The notes: generated by a model from the letters alone, not told the origin. A DNA stretch of 64,000 bases from Bacteroidales bacterium (GCA_035719105.1 DASTGN010000003.1:198979-262978), one strand, 5' to 3'. Positions 1 to 9,981 are shown, numbered from the stretch's first letter. Translations and numbers: made by a program.

Positions 1-654
1 ACCAATGTTATTTTCCTGAAAGCCAGCACTGATGAATCCGACATTCGTGCACAACTCATTCCAAGAGTTCAGGCGAAATTCAAACGGTTGGGTATTCCTT
101 ATATCGAAGTTGCTGATGACGAGAATCTGGAATTATTGTCCAAGGCGCTTTCAGAAACCAAGTTGAACCAAATCATGCCTACACCTTTGAATATGCAGGA
201 GACCAATAATTTACTGACTCGATTGGGTGCCTTTCACAAGGCAAATCCAAACTTTCAGATGGTCTTGGTAGGTTATCCGGATTGGATGGCCATCAACAAA
301 GGTTACCAAAAGTACCTATACGACTTGAATACCATCATTTATTCCAATTTTTATGCGGATACTCAACAAAAAAATGTCCGTGATTTTCAGATTTTGTTCA
401 ATCAAACCTACGATCAAAATTTGATGAACACTTATCCCAAATATGGCATGATGGGCTACGACATTGCCGGATATTTCATTCCTAGAATGGTATTTGAAAA
501 ATCGGAGGTGTCTGATACCGTTCGTTATCTCAGCCCGCTTCAAAGCGAATTTAAATTCGGTACCACCAATGCCTTGAGCGGTGCCAGCAACCAAAGCTTC
601 TTCATCATTCGTTACACCCCCGAAAACGAGGTGGAAGTTAAGGTTATGCATTAA
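1..654 (+). CDS. periplasmic-binding-fold (type 1 PBP-like) protein, C-terminal part; 5' end lies outside the window
   Basis: Frame 1 is open from nt 1 (TNVIFLKASTDESDIR...) to the TAA at 652-654, so the track start at 88 (a TTG) is internal. The alternating strand/helix pattern with GYPDW and IIYSNFY segments recalls Bacteroidota LysM/PBP lipoproteins. Family call from memory only. Confidence 0.4.
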   Translation, partial: TNVIFLKASTDESDIRAQLIPRVQAKFKRLGIPYIEVADDENLELLSKALSETKLNQIMPTPLNMQETNNLLTRLGAFHKANPNFQMVLVGYPDWMAINKGYQKYLYDLNTIIYSNFYADTQQKNVRDFQILFNQTYDQNLMNTYPKYGMMGYDIAGYFIPRMVFEKSEVSDTVRYLSPLQSEFKFGTTNALSGASNQSFFIIRYTPENEVEVKVMH

Positions 655-669
655 TTGAAAATAAGTCCC

Positions 670-1335
670 ATGAATTTCTTCAAAATACAGCTTACTGTCC
701 TTTTGTCATTTATAAGCTTTTCACTTTCAGCACAATATAATACGCTGAGGGAATGGTATGTGGGGCCTTCAGCTGGTGTTTCGGCTTCCACCATCACCCT
801 GTCCCCCAACTTTGTAGACAAAATGTACACGTTGGGTAAAAACGGGGGTTTGACTATGCGATACGTCAGCGAAAGTCATTTTGGCCTACAGTTGGAATGC
901 AATTTCCTGGAATCGGGTTGGTTGGAGGATCAGTTGGGTTTCAAAGACCCAAAACAATATTCGTATTCGAGACAATTACAATTTGTTGAGGTTCCATTCT
1001 TGATGCATACCTATTCGTCGGTTGGAGCAACTCGTTTCTTTCTAAACATTGGCCCTAAATTCAGTTATCTCTTGTCAGAGTCGGAGACCAATCGGGCAAC
1101 CATTCCTCAACTGGATCACGGAAAATTAGTAGAACGGCCTTTCCAATACGGAATTCTGGGAGGTGGTGGGGTTGAAGTTCATATAGGGCCTACCGTTTTG
1201 GGTTTGGAAGGACGTTATTGTTACAATCTATCCAACCTTTTCAAAGATGCAATCGGGGAAGATTACGTTACCTCCGATTTGCAAGTGATCACTTTGAACT
1301 TGTACCTTCTTTTCCAACTTTCAGGAAAAAAATAA
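670..1335 (+). CDS. small outer-membrane beta-barrel protein (porin-family)
   Basis: The in-frame ATG at 670 gives the signal peptide MNFFKIQLTVLLSFISFSLSAQ. The rest shows alternating amphipathic strands rich in G/Y/F and a hydrophobic C-terminal strand, as in small beta-barrels. Confidence 0.65.
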   Translation: MNFFKIQLTVLLSFISFSLSAQYNTLREWYVGPSAGVSASTITLSPNFVDKMYTLGKNGGLTMRYVSESHFGLQLECNFLESGWLEDQLGFKDPKQYSYSRQLQFVEVPFLMHTYSSVGATRFFLNIGPKFSYLLSESETNRATIPQLDHGKLVERPFQYGILGGGGVEVHIGPTVLGLEGRYCYNLSNLFKDAIGEDYVTSDLQVITLNLYLLFQLSGKK

Positions 1336-1359
1336 AACCGACTCTACTGAATCGGTTTT
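1335..1359. terminator. stem-loop between convergent genes (bidirectional terminator candidate)
   Basis: AAACCGA-ctctactgaa-TCGGTTT is flanked by A-run and T-run sequence, between the OMP gene (+) and the DUF4293 gene (-). Confidence 0.5.
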
Positions 1360-1380
1360 AAAAATTGGTATCGTATGGAA

Positions 1381-1839
1381 TCAACGAATTCTGTCCAACG
1401 ATTTCACCAAAGCATCGTCTTTTCGAATACCATTGATGGCCAACAGATCGAAAATGATACCGATGAAAGGCAACCATGCTGAAGCGCCGTAAACGATTTC
1501 AGGTTGCATTAGATATTTGATATACAAAAACATGCAGACCATAGACACAGCAAGCACTGTTTTAAAAACAAGTGCTATACCAGTCAGTCTGATTTGTCGG
1601 CTGCGTTTTTTAAAGTGGAAAATGGCTAAGAAGGAGAAAAAGCCAGCAAATCCAGCAAGAAGTCCAAAGATCCAAACCGGAAGATTGAGCAACGGCAACT
1701 CGCCCGTTTGAATTATTTTGAAAGCCGAGCATTCATACAAACCCTGCGGCATGATGAATTTACCGACAGGAAAGAAGCATACAGCAATCAAAGCGACAGC
1801 GGCCAACAACAACCAAAGACTTTGAATACGCTGTATCAT
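1381..1839 (-). CDS. DUF4293-like integral membrane protein
   Basis: 152 aa with about four hydrophobic helices. The N-terminus MIQRIQSLWLLLAA and the position directly downstream of rpoZ/bamD are typical for Bacteroidota. Confidence 0.65.
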   Translation of the reverse strand: MIQRIQSLWLLLAAVALIAVCFFPVGKFIMPQGLYECSAFKIIQTGELPLLNLPVWIFGLLAGFAGFFSFLAIFHFKKRSRQIRLTGIALVFKTVLAVSMVCMFLYIKYLMQPEIVYGASAWLPFIGIIFDLLAINGIRKDDALVKSLDRIR

Positions 1840-1840
1840 C

Positions 1841-2170
1841 TTATTTTTTCAATTTCTCGCGAGCGGGATTCTTATGATAGATTTTTCCGTCCATGTATTC
1901 CTGAGCAGCAATTAAGGTTGCTTTAGGCAATTTTTCATAGAAACGAGAAATCTCGATTTGTTCGCGGTTTTCGAACACTTCTTCCAAATTATCGGTATAA
2001 GAAGCGAATTCCTGCAATTTCTTTTCGAGCTCCGATTTCATTTCCACGCCAATCTGATTGGAACGTTTGGCAATGATTTTAACGGTTTCGTAGACGTTGC
2101 CGGTGTCTTCACACAAAGCATTCATGTCGCGCGTTACGGTTGAATTCGGAATTGATTTTTTGTACTCCAT
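1841..2170 (-). CDS. rpoZ: DNA-directed RNA polymerase subunit omega (Rpb6-like, Bacteroidota type)
   Basis: 109 aa. It contains NVYETVKIIAKRSNQI and an acidic helical C-terminal half, and lies 1 nt upstream of the DUF4293 gene and just downstream of bamD. Confidence 0.75.
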   Translation of the reverse strand: MEYKKSIPNSTVTRDMNALCEDTGNVYETVKIIAKRSNQIGVEMKSELEKKLQEFASYTDNLEEVFENREQIEISRFYEKLPKATLIAAQEYMDGKIYHKNPAREKLKK

Positions 2171-2181
2171 TTTTCAGTTTT

Positions 2182-2985
2182 TTATTCTTTGATTACTTTT
2201 TTACATTCTTTGAGGATGGATTCCGCTTCTTTGAGATACTTACTGGCAGGAAATTCATTCAAGAAACTGAAATATTCATCCTGCGTAGCCCGGAAACGAT
2301 CCAACTTTAGGTTTTCCACACTTTGTACTGCCAACTGGAACCTCGACTTCAAGATCAGAAAAGCCAATTCTTCCCGGTATTTTGAGACGGGATAATCCAT
2401 CAGTGCATTATTGGCGGTGATGATACAAGACTGATAGTTATTGCCCATGTAATCACCCAAATCAAAATACAACTTACTGGCCAGCAATTGTTTGTAAACT
2501 AATTTGTCCTGTAAATCGTTCAGCATACTTACTACTTCCTCCTTTCGGTCACTTTCCGGATAGTAATCCAGGAAAACATTGAGTTGGTCCATCGCTTTGA
2601 TGGTTTCCTCTTGAGTCAGCCTTGGATCCGGAGAATTCAGGTAAGCAGCTTTCCCGGCTAAAAACCGGCAATCTTCCGTGAACACACCTTTGGGATAAGT
2701 CTTATAATAGGTCTCAAAAAAGCCCGAAGCAGAAAAATAGTCTTTTCTGTTATAATAGGAATTGGCCAACATGAACAAGGTCTGTTCTGCCCTGTCTGTA
2801 CCCTTATGGATGGGTTGAAGTTCTTCCAACAACTCTATTGCGCGCAGATATTTCTTCTGTTCGTAATATTCGTTGGCTTTTTTCCACTTCAATTCATAAT
2901 CGGTACTTTTCAGCAATTTCTGATAGTCAGAACAGGAAACCAGGTTGATACCCAGCAAGATAATAATTAGAAATTTCCACTTCAT
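2182..2985 (-). CDS. bamD: outer membrane protein assembly factor BamD (TPR lipoprotein)
   Basis: The internal ATG at 2985 gives MKWKFLIIILLGINLVSCS (lipobox ending in Cys). TPR-like repeats follow (YEQKKYLRAIELLE, YYNRKDYFSASGFFE). The track start at 3030 adds 15 non-signal residues. Confidence 0.8.
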   Translation of the reverse strand: MKWKFLIIILLGINLVSCSDYQKLLKSTDYELKWKKANEYYEQKKYLRAIELLEELQPIHKGTDRAEQTLFMLANSYYNRKDYFSASGFFETYYKTYPKGVFTEDCRFLAGKAAYLNSPDPRLTQEETIKAMDQLNVFLDYYPESDRKEEVVSMLNDLQDKLVYKQLLASKLYFDLGDYMGNNYQSCIITANNALMDYPVSKYREELAFLILKSRFQLAVQSVENLKLDRFRATQDEYFSFLNEFPASKYLKEAESILKECKKVIKE

Positions 2986-3100
2986 ACCGTTACGATTCTC
3001 ACACTTTTCAAGATGTATGAAAAGTTGCACAAAGGTAACATTTCCCTTTCAATATGCGAAAAAAACAGCATAATTTAACTGAAAAGCCTATTGGTAAGCG

Positions 3101-3544
3101 TTAAAAATAATACATTTCACTGGCTTTAATCAGTTTCAGGTTTGAATTTTGCAATACTTCCACACATTTGGCAATGTCGCTGGGTCGAATCACTACTCTG
3201 GCCACATCGTCCATTGCAAAGGCATACATGTAATCTACCGATACGTTGTGTTCAGAAAGAGTGAGCAACGCATCCGATAAAGTACCGGGTGTATTGGGCA
3301 CGAACAAGCAGACCACATCGCTTAAAGTAACAGTAAATCCGTTGGCTGTAAGCAATTTCTTAGCTGCCTGTGGATCAGATAGAACAACCCGCATGATACC
3401 GAAATCGGAGGATTCAGCCATGCTGAAGGCTGATAAATTGATGCCTGCCTGTCCCAATAAGCGGGTAACTTCCGTCAAACGTCCAGTCTTATTTTCCAAA
3501 AAGATGGATAGCTGCTTGATAATCAATGGTTCGCTCATATTCAA
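3101..3544 (-). CDS. ACT domain-containing (amino-acid-binding) protein
   Basis: 147 aa made of two ACT-like beta-alpha-beta-beta-alpha-beta halves. Its start overlaps the paaK stop by 4 nt (ATGA). This is the usual partner of phenylacetate-CoA ligase in anaerobes. Confidence 0.7.
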   Translation of the reverse strand: MNMSEPLIIKQLSIFLENKTGRLTEVTRLLGQAGINLSAFSMAESSDFGIMRVVLSDPQAAKKLLTANGFTVTLSDVVCLFVPNTPGTLSDALLTLSEHNVSVDYMYAFAMDDVARVVIRPSDIAKCVEVLQNSNLKLIKASEMYYF

Positions 3545-4839
3545 TACAAATTACGTTTGTCAGTTACACGTTTGGCTTTTCCGGTGGAACGTTCAATAGA
3601 CCTAGGTTCCACCAATTTGACATGAGCATGGATTCCGACCACGCTCAGAATACGTTGTTCGATGCGTTTGGCCAGCCCAAGCATCATACTCATATCGTCT
3701 TTAAAGTTTTCAGGACGCAATTCCACATGGACATCAAAAGTATCCGTATTGTTCATGCGATCAACATATAAATGGTAATGAGGAGCAGTTTCACCAAACT
3801 CCAGCAGGACGCTTTCAATTTGAGATGGGAATACGTTCACCCCTCGAATGATCAGCATGTCATCGCTACGTCCCATAATCTTGTGCATTCGGACGGATGT
3901 ACGGCCGCAAGAGCAAGTTTCATAAATCAAGGAAGTCAAGTCTTTGGTACGATATCGCAATACGGGCATGCCTTCTTTTGTAATGGTGGTGAATACCAAC
4001 TCCCCTATTTCGCCCTTCTTAACTGGTTTCAGTGTTTTGGGATTAATGATTTCTGGGAAAAAATGGTCTTCGTTGATGTGCATGCCGTGTTGAGCGCTGC
4101 AATCGTATGCCACTCCCGGGCCAATGACCTCGGTCAAGCCAAAAATGTCATACGCTTTCAGACCGAGTTTCTCTTCAATTTCCTTACGCATTTCTTCCGT
4201 CCAAGGTTCGGCGCCGAAAAAACCTACTTTGAGTTTCAATTTATCCTGAACGCCCATGTCGTGTACAGCTTCTGCTAAATACAAAGCGTAAGAAGGGGTG
4301 CAGCAAAGGGCTGTGGAACCAAAATCGGTCATCAATTGTATTTGTTTTTCCGTATTTCCTGATGAAATCGGAATGACAGAAGCACCGATGTTTTCTGCAC
4401 CATAATGTGCACCAAGCCCACCGGTGAACAAACCATAGCCGTAAGCAATTTGGAAAATGTCATTACGAGTGCATCCACCTGATGTAAACGTTCTGGCCAT
4501 CACTTCGGCCCAAATATTCAAATCCTTTCGGGTATACCCTGCTACTATGGGTTTTCCAGTAGTTCCGGACGAAGCGTGCAATCGAACTATTTCCGACATC
4601 GGTGCGGAGAACAAACCGAAAGGATATTGGTCGCGAAGGTCAGTCTTTGTAGTGAAAGGCAGTTTTACGATATCGTCGATTGTTTCAATGTCATTTGGGG
4701 TGATGCCGAGTTCTTGCATCTTGGTCCTATAAAAGGGCGAATTATGGTAAACACACTCAACGGTGGTGCGAAGCCTTTTGCTTTGCACCTCACGCAGTTC
4801 CTCGTGCCCCATGCACTCGTAGCTTTCGTTCCAAATCAT
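3541..4839 (-). CDS. paaK: phenylacetate--CoA ligase
   Basis: The start MIWNESYECM (ATG at 4839) is the typical PaaK N-terminus. The adenylate-forming motifs SSGTTGKP, YGLTE and RTKD are present. The track start at 4947 adds 36 unlikely residues. Confidence 0.85.
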   Translation of the reverse strand: MIWNESYECMGHEELREVQSKRLRTTVECVYHNSPFYRTKMQELGITPNDIETIDDIVKLPFTTKTDLRDQYPFGLFSAPMSEIVRLHASSGTTGKPIVAGYTRKDLNIWAEVMARTFTSGGCTRNDIFQIAYGYGLFTGGLGAHYGAENIGASVIPISSGNTEKQIQLMTDFGSTALCCTPSYALYLAEAVHDMGVQDKLKLKVGFFGAEPWTEEMRKEIEEKLGLKAYDIFGLTEVIGPGVAYDCSAQHGMHINEDHFFPEIINPKTLKPVKKGEIGELVFTTITKEGMPVLRYRTKDLTSLIYETCSCGRTSVRMHKIMGRSDDMLIIRGVNVFPSQIESVLLEFGETAPHYHLYVDRMNNTDTFDVHVELRPENFKDDMSMMLGLAKRIEQRILSVVGIHAHVKLVEPRSIERSTGKAKRVTDKRNLY

Positions 4840-4953
4840 AATATATAAAGTATAAGAATCAGTCGTTTTGGTAGTCGTACATGCACTTTCCACTAGTTGC
4901 CGTCCACTACTGCAAAGTAAATCAATATTTCCTGATTTTCCGCCCAAATCAGC

Positions 4954-4961
4954 TATATTTG
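4954..4961 (+). promoter_or_regulatory. Bacteroidota -7 promoter box (TAnnTTTG) upstream of uvrB
   Basis: TATATTTG lies 19 nt before the uvrB ATG at 4980. Confidence 0.4.
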
Positions 4962-4979
4962 TACCTTCTAAAATAGTCT

Positions 4980-6992
4980 ATGTTCAACCTAGTTTCACCA
5001 TACGTTCCCACTGGCGATCAGCCTGAAGCCATCCGACAGTTGTGTGAGGGCATCCGGCAGGAAATGCCCTTTCAGACCCTACTCGGTGTGACTGGTTCGG
5101 GAAAAACATTTACGATGGCGAACGTGGTGAAAGAAATTCAACGCCCCACCTTGGTACTCAGCCACAATAAGACGTTGGCCGCTCAATTATACGGCGAATT
5201 CAAGAGTTTCTTCCCGGACAATGCAGTAGAATATTATGTGTCCTACTACGATTACTACCAACCGGAAGCTTATTTGCCAACTTCCGATACCTATATTGAA
5301 AAAGACCTGGCCATCAATGCTGAAATCGAAAAACTCAGGCTTTCAGCTACTTCCGCGTTGTTATCTGGAAGACAAGACGTGCTCATCGTTTCATCGGTTT
5401 CCTGCATTTATGGAATCGGGAACCCTGAAGATTTCAAAAAGACCGTCGTTGACATCCATCAGGGACAAATGCTGGATCGGAATGTTTTTCTTCGAAAATT
5501 GGTGGATATTCTCTATTCCAGAAACGAAGTGGAGCTCGAACGTGGCAATTTTAGGGTCAAAGGGGATACGGTCGACATTTTCCTTGCTTACGCCGACTAC
5601 ATTTTACGGGTTGTTTTTTGGGGGAATGAAATTGACAGCATCTCAACCATCGATCCCTTGAATGGTCGAACCCTTTCCACTTCGACTGAGTTTCGTATTT
5701 TCCCTGCTAATCTTTTTGTAACCAGTAAGGAAAACATTACCATGGCACTTGAACAGATTCAGTTCGACCTTGAGAAGCAAGTTGCCTTTTTTAATTCAGT
5801 TGGTAAACCATTCGAAGCCAAGCGATTACAAGAACGAGTCAGTTACGATGTAGAAATGATTCGTGAATTGGGGCATTGTTCTGGCATTGAAAACTACTCC
5901 CGTTATTTTGACGGAAGGCAACCCGGAGAAAAGCCCTTCTGTTTGTTGGACTTCTTTCCCGATAACTTTCTGATGGTCATTGACGAAAGTCATGTTACCT
6001 TACCGCAGGTACGTGCCATGTGGGGTGGCGACCGGGCTAGAAAATCCAACCTCGTGGAATACGGTTTTAGACTGCCGGCTGCCATCGACAACAGACCACT
6101 CAGCTTCGCAGAGTTCGAAGGGGTAAAAAAACAAGTGGTTTATGTCAGTGCGACTCCAGGTGATTATGAATTGGAAAAATCGGAAGGTATTTTCATAGAA
6201 CAGGTTATACGTCCAACGGGGCTGCTTGATCCAGAGATTTCCGTCCGACCAAGCAAGAATCAAGTGGACGACCTGATGGAAGAAATCCATATCCGTTCCA
6301 TTAAGAACGAGCGTGTGCTGGTCACCACGCTGACCAAGCGCATGGCCGAAGAGTTGACCTCTTATATGGAAGGTTTAGGCATCAAGTGCAGTTACATACA
6401 TTCCGATGTAGACACCCTGGATCGCGTTAAAATCATGGAGGATTTGCGACTGGGCGTTTACGATGTTTTGGTTGGTGTCAACCTGCTTCGTGAAGGGCTG
6501 GATTTGCCTGAAGTCTCTTTGGTGGCTATTTTGGATGCTGACAAAGAAGGATTCTTAAGGAACCATCGTTCATTAACGCAAACTGCAGGCCGTGCTGCAC
6601 GCCATCTCGAGGGTAAAGTCATCATGTACGCCGATAAGGTGACGGCAAGCATGCGTATCACCATCGATGAAACCAACCGAAGACGCGAAAAGCAAAAAAC
6701 ATACAACGAAGCGCATGGCATCACTCCTACTGCCATCGTTAAGGAAAAAACCTCTGGACTGGGTCAATTGGCCCGCTCTACCGAACCTCAAGCCTATATT
6801 GAACCGGAAAGGTCCAGCTTGGTGGCAGATCCCATCCTTTCACACATGAGCTCCTCACAGTTGCAGAAGACGATTGACAAAACCCGTAAAGCTATGCAAG
6901 AAGCGGCAAAGCGGCTCGATTTTCTCGAAGCCGCTCAATACCGGGACGAAGTTCTCAAACTGGAGGAACTCCTATCCAATTCGCCAAAATAA
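4980..6992 (+). CDS. uvrB: excinuclease ABC subunit B
   Basis: 670 aa with Walker A GVTGSGKT, the DESH box (VIDESHVT), helicase motifs and a C-terminal UVR domain (LEAAQYRDEVLKLEE). Confidence 0.97.
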   Translation: MFNLVSPYVPTGDQPEAIRQLCEGIRQEMPFQTLLGVTGSGKTFTMANVVKEIQRPTLVLSHNKTLAAQLYGEFKSFFPDNAVEYYVSYYDYYQPEAYLPTSDTYIEKDLAINAEIEKLRLSATSALLSGRQDVLIVSSVSCIYGIGNPEDFKKTVVDIHQGQMLDRNVFLRKLVDILYSRNEVELERGNFRVKGDTVDIFLAYADYILRVVFWGNEIDSISTIDPLNGRTLSTSTEFRIFPANLFVTSKENITMALEQIQFDLEKQVAFFNSVGKPFEAKRLQERVSYDVEMIRELGHCSGIENYSRYFDGRQPGEKPFCLLDFFPDNFLMVIDESHVTLPQVRAMWGGDRARKSNLVEYGFRLPAAIDNRPLSFAEFEGVKKQVVYVSATPGDYELEKSEGIFIEQVIRPTGLLDPEISVRPSKNQVDDLMEEIHIRSIKNERVLVTTLTKRMAEELTSYMEGLGIKCSYIHSDVDTLDRVKIMEDLRLGVYDVLVGVNLLREGLDLPEVSLVAILDADKEGFLRNHRSLTQTAGRAARHLEGKVIMYADKVTASMRITIDETNRRREKQKTYNEAHGITPTAIVKEKTSGLGQLARSTEPQAYIEPERSSLVADPILSHMSSSQLQKTIDKTRKAMQEAAKRLDFLEAAQYRDEVLKLEELLSNSPK

Positions 6993-6996
6993 AAGC

Positions 6997-8526
6997 TTAA
7001 AATTTGAATCCAGCGGTCAATACCAAATTCATTTTGCGACGAGACAAATCGGCAAACTTGGGTACGTTGATGTTGCTCATATCGCAGAAATTATAGAAGT
7101 GTTCATTGCTGACGCGTTCTTGCAAGGCTGCATCTGCAAAAAAGGCTCCTGATCGATAACCTAAACCCATCGAACCATACCAGGTGCTTTTGACCACGCT
7201 GTATTCAGGGCTTGTATATGCCGTTGCAATATCGTAGGTTTCGACTTGGGAAACCAAAGGCGACATGTAATAAGCTGCGCCCAGTCGAGCACTGACATTG
7301 TCTGTCAAACGCATTTCACCTCCTACCCGTACGTTGTAACTCAATTTGAAATCATTTTCCATGTAATAGTTGATGTCTTCCATTTCGAATCCATCACCGC
7401 TTTTCAAATCGGTGCTTCTGCTGTCAACACATTCGAAATCTACGCTGAACAATCCTTTGTTTTCGAATTGATAAGCTGCACTCAAAGTCAATTGCCAAGG
7501 CGTTTTCAACATATAGTCATTGGTTTGTTCATTGCCGATGACCTTTGGATCTGGATTGTACAGAACATCCGTAATGGGATCCCTGAAATTCCACGAAGCC
7601 ATAGAAGCGTTAAAAACATCAGTCAGTGTATAATAGGTACCCGAACGATAGGAAACACCCAGTCTGAGTTCAGGCACGGGCCTGTAAATAACTCCAGCTT
7701 TGAAATCTATACCGCTACCGGTGGTCGTCATGGCATTGCGCAATTCCGTTCCGCCACCCAATTGATATTCTTCGGAAAAAATAGTGGATTTCTCGTAAAG
7801 AACACTTTGAATACCGATGCCGATACCCAAATACAAGTTATGGTTGTAATTCGCCCCCAACGTAAAGTTCCAAGAATTGATTCCGCCGGTTTCCTGCATT
7901 TTCATGTTGCTCAGGCTAACCAGTTCCCCATTGTCAAGTCTCGGTCTATAACGGTTTTCATTGTTGTCATTGACAAATTGTTCAATAACGTGGACTCCAT
8001 TTACAAAACTGTAGAAATTGCTGTGATAAGGATGCGTACCATTGTCATTCCACATGGTATTTTCTACAGCTACGATCCTGTCGAGCAAAGAGGTTGGTCT
8101 ATCCACTCCAAGGACATTGGTGTTCCGGTTGAAATCGGCCACAGTTTGGTACGAAATGCCAAAATTGAAATTGGAAATGGCTGATTCATCGTAGGTTCGG
8201 AAGGAACCTACATAACCAAAACCATTCATCAGCACCTTCAATCGATTGGCCTCTGCCAATTTGCCATTAAAATCGGCTTTCGAAAAATCTTGTTGCAGAG
8301 AAGGTGAAAAAGAAACTTCTGAGCTTCTATAAATGCCTATGCCTGCAGGATTCAGGCCGATGGCGCTCATATCGCCGCCCAGGGCTCCAAAGGCTCCGGA
8401 CATGGAAACATAGCGAGCGGTGCCGATAATATCAGTTTGAGACAACCTGAGGGCATCAAATTCAGCTTGCGCAAAAACAGTAAGTCCGCAAACCGACATG
8501 AACACCATTAAAATGTATTTTTTCAT
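6997..8526 (-). CDS. FadL/TodX-like outer-membrane transport beta-barrel
   Basis: The signal peptide is MKKYILMVFMSVCGLTVFAQA. The N-terminal hatch-like motif GTARYVSMSGAFGALGGDMSAIGLNPAGIG resembles the FadL family. Beta-strand periodicity continues to a terminal aromatic (TAGFKF). Confidence 0.6.
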   Translation of the reverse strand: MKKYILMVFMSVCGLTVFAQAEFDALRLSQTDIIGTARYVSMSGAFGALGGDMSAIGLNPAGIGIYRSSEVSFSPSLQQDFSKADFNGKLAEANRLKVLMNGFGYVGSFRTYDESAISNFNFGISYQTVADFNRNTNVLGVDRPTSLLDRIVAVENTMWNDNGTHPYHSNFYSFVNGVHVIEQFVNDNNENRYRPRLDNGELVSLSNMKMQETGGINSWNFTLGANYNHNLYLGIGIGIQSVLYEKSTIFSEEYQLGGGTELRNAMTTTGSGIDFKAGVIYRPVPELRLGVSYRSGTYYTLTDVFNASMASWNFRDPITDVLYNPDPKVIGNEQTNDYMLKTPWQLTLSAAYQFENKGLFSVDFECVDSRSTDLKSGDGFEMEDINYYMENDFKLSYNVRVGGEMRLTDNVSARLGAAYYMSPLVSQVETYDIATAYTSPEYSVVKSTWYGSMGLGYRSGAFFADAALQERVSNEHFYNFCDMSNINVPKFADLSRRKMNLVLTAGFKF

Positions 8527-8544
8527 ATGAATCCGTATTTATAT

Positions 8545-9981
8545 TTATCTGCGTCCTCCACCAAAAGAACCACTACTTCCTCTTGAACTGCTCGAATTAG
8601 AACTGGAATTAGAATTTGAATTTGAATTGGAGCTGGAACTGGATCTGGTCGATGGTGTATAGGAAGAGCCTGATGAATTGGAACTGTTGGATGAGTTGTA
8701 AGATGGCGTATAGTTTGAATTCGTATTGACTGTTTGACGATATTGAGTAGTTGTTGTCGGAGTCGATCTGACGGAATTTGATGAACCTGGCGTACTGGTT
8801 CTTTCACTTCTGTAATTTCCTGTAGAACTTGGTGCGTTTCGAGTTGTTGTCTGGTACGAACGATTCTGAGTCTGAGTTTGCGTCGAAGGTGTCGTACTGT
8901 TGTAATCGCTACGGCTGGTACCATAATAGGTGGAACTTCTGGTTGTTGGCACAGAACTGCGAATGGCTGAATTCATGCTTTCACGAGTGGTGGTGCTAAA
9001 TGTTCTGGTCGTACCGGTTGAATTACTTCTGCGGGTTGTACCTGTTTCAACCATTCCTGCCCTGGTTCCAAAATTTGTATTTCTGACAGCGGAACTTGTA
9101 CGCGTCGAGCTATTTGTTGGCCGACTGGTACTATATCGTCCAGAACCGACATTGGAAAGGAAGTCTCGTTGATTGTTGGATAAGGTATGACGATTTCTGG
9201 AAAAGGCGTTGCTTCCGAGGTTTCCATAGTTGCCACCTCCATACCAACCGCCACCGTAGCCGTAATAATCGTTGTACCCATAATATCCATAGTATCCGCC
9301 ATAGAATCCACCGTAATAGCCACCATAGCCATATCCATTATAGCCCCACCAAGGATCGTACCAACTACCGTAGCCATACCCATAATAGCCTGAATACCAA
9401 GGATCATAATACCCCCAACCAGAATATCTCCATGGGTCGTAATACATACCCCATCTGCTTCCAAAACGATGGTTCCATCCATATCCATAGTACGGGTACC
9501 AATAATTATCATAATAAAAAGGACTCATGAACATATTGGAAGCCCCATCCATATAGTAAACGTTTACGTTGGCGCCATCTTCGATATAAATGCTGAGATA
9601 TTCGTCATCCGTAATTTGCTTCGTGAATTTGGGATTGTGAAAACGACGTATACGTTCGGAATATTCAAACGGTTGGCCGTTTTCATCCAATTCGGTCGTA
9701 TCATTGTTTTCGGTGTACGTAGCTGTATCATCGGTAGTATTCGGCCGACGATTGTATTCGTCTACATTGCGCAATTCGTAGGTCTTTAGGGTACCGGTGT
9801 TGTCATATACCCGCACCTGATCGTTTTGAACCGGTTCACTTACTTCCTTTTGAGGATGTGTCTTGGCTTCCGCTTTCGCCGTTTTAGGATTGTAATACAG
9901 GTCATCCTCGAAGTTTTGAGCCTGAGCGAGTCCCGTCAGCATCAATGCCAGGGTCATCAGTATCATCCATTTCGTTTTCAT
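8545..9981 (-). CDS. secreted low-complexity protein with a Tyr/Gly/Trp-rich core and a Ser/Thr/Asn/Arg-rich tail
   Basis: The signal peptide is MKTKWMILMTLALMLTGLAQAQ. About 105 aa are almost only Y/G/W/D/P (YDPW x3, GYGYG runs), followed by about 220 aa of S/T/N/R-rich sequence ending in GGGRR. The gene is 18 nt upstream of the FadL-like gene on the same strand. Confidence 0.7.
   Translation of the reverse strand: MKTKWMILMTLALMLTGLAQAQNFEDDLYYNPKTAKAEAKTHPQKEVSEPVQNDQVRVYDNTGTLKTYELRNVDEYNRRPNTTDDTATYTENNDTTELDENGQPFEYSERIRRFHNPKFTKQITDDEYLSIYIEDGANVNVYYMDGASNMFMSPFYYDNYWYPYYGYGWNHRFGSRWGMYYDPWRYSGWGYYDPWYSGYYGYGYGSWYDPWWGYNGYGYGGYYGGFYGGYYGYYGYNDYYGYGGGWYGGGNYGNLGSNAFSRNRHTLSNNQRDFLSNVGSGRYSTSRPTNSSTRTSSAVRNTNFGTRAGMVETGTTRRSNSTGTTRTFSTTTRESMNSAIRSSVPTTRSSTYYGTSRSDYNSTTPSTQTQTQNRSYQTTTRNAPSSTGNYRSERTSTPGSSNSVRSTPTTTTQYRQTVNTNSNYTPSYNSSNSSNSSGSSYTPSTRSSSSSNSNSNSNSSSNSSSSRGSSGSFGGGRR

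Noticed and set aside
7246-8184. A 312-aa ORF on the plus strand opposite the FadL-like gene.
   Set aside because: It is a shadow ORF antisense to a gene with a clear signal peptide and barrel features. Its own sequence is Ile/Val/Phe-rich with no motifs.
8523-9530. Alternative-frame and antisense ORFs (8523-8924, 8973-9512, 9096-9530, 9187-9393) inside the low-complexity gene.
   Set aside because: They are products of the biased codon composition of the Y/G/S/T-rich gene. Only the 8545-9981 frame has a signal peptide and a sensible start next to an intergenic region.
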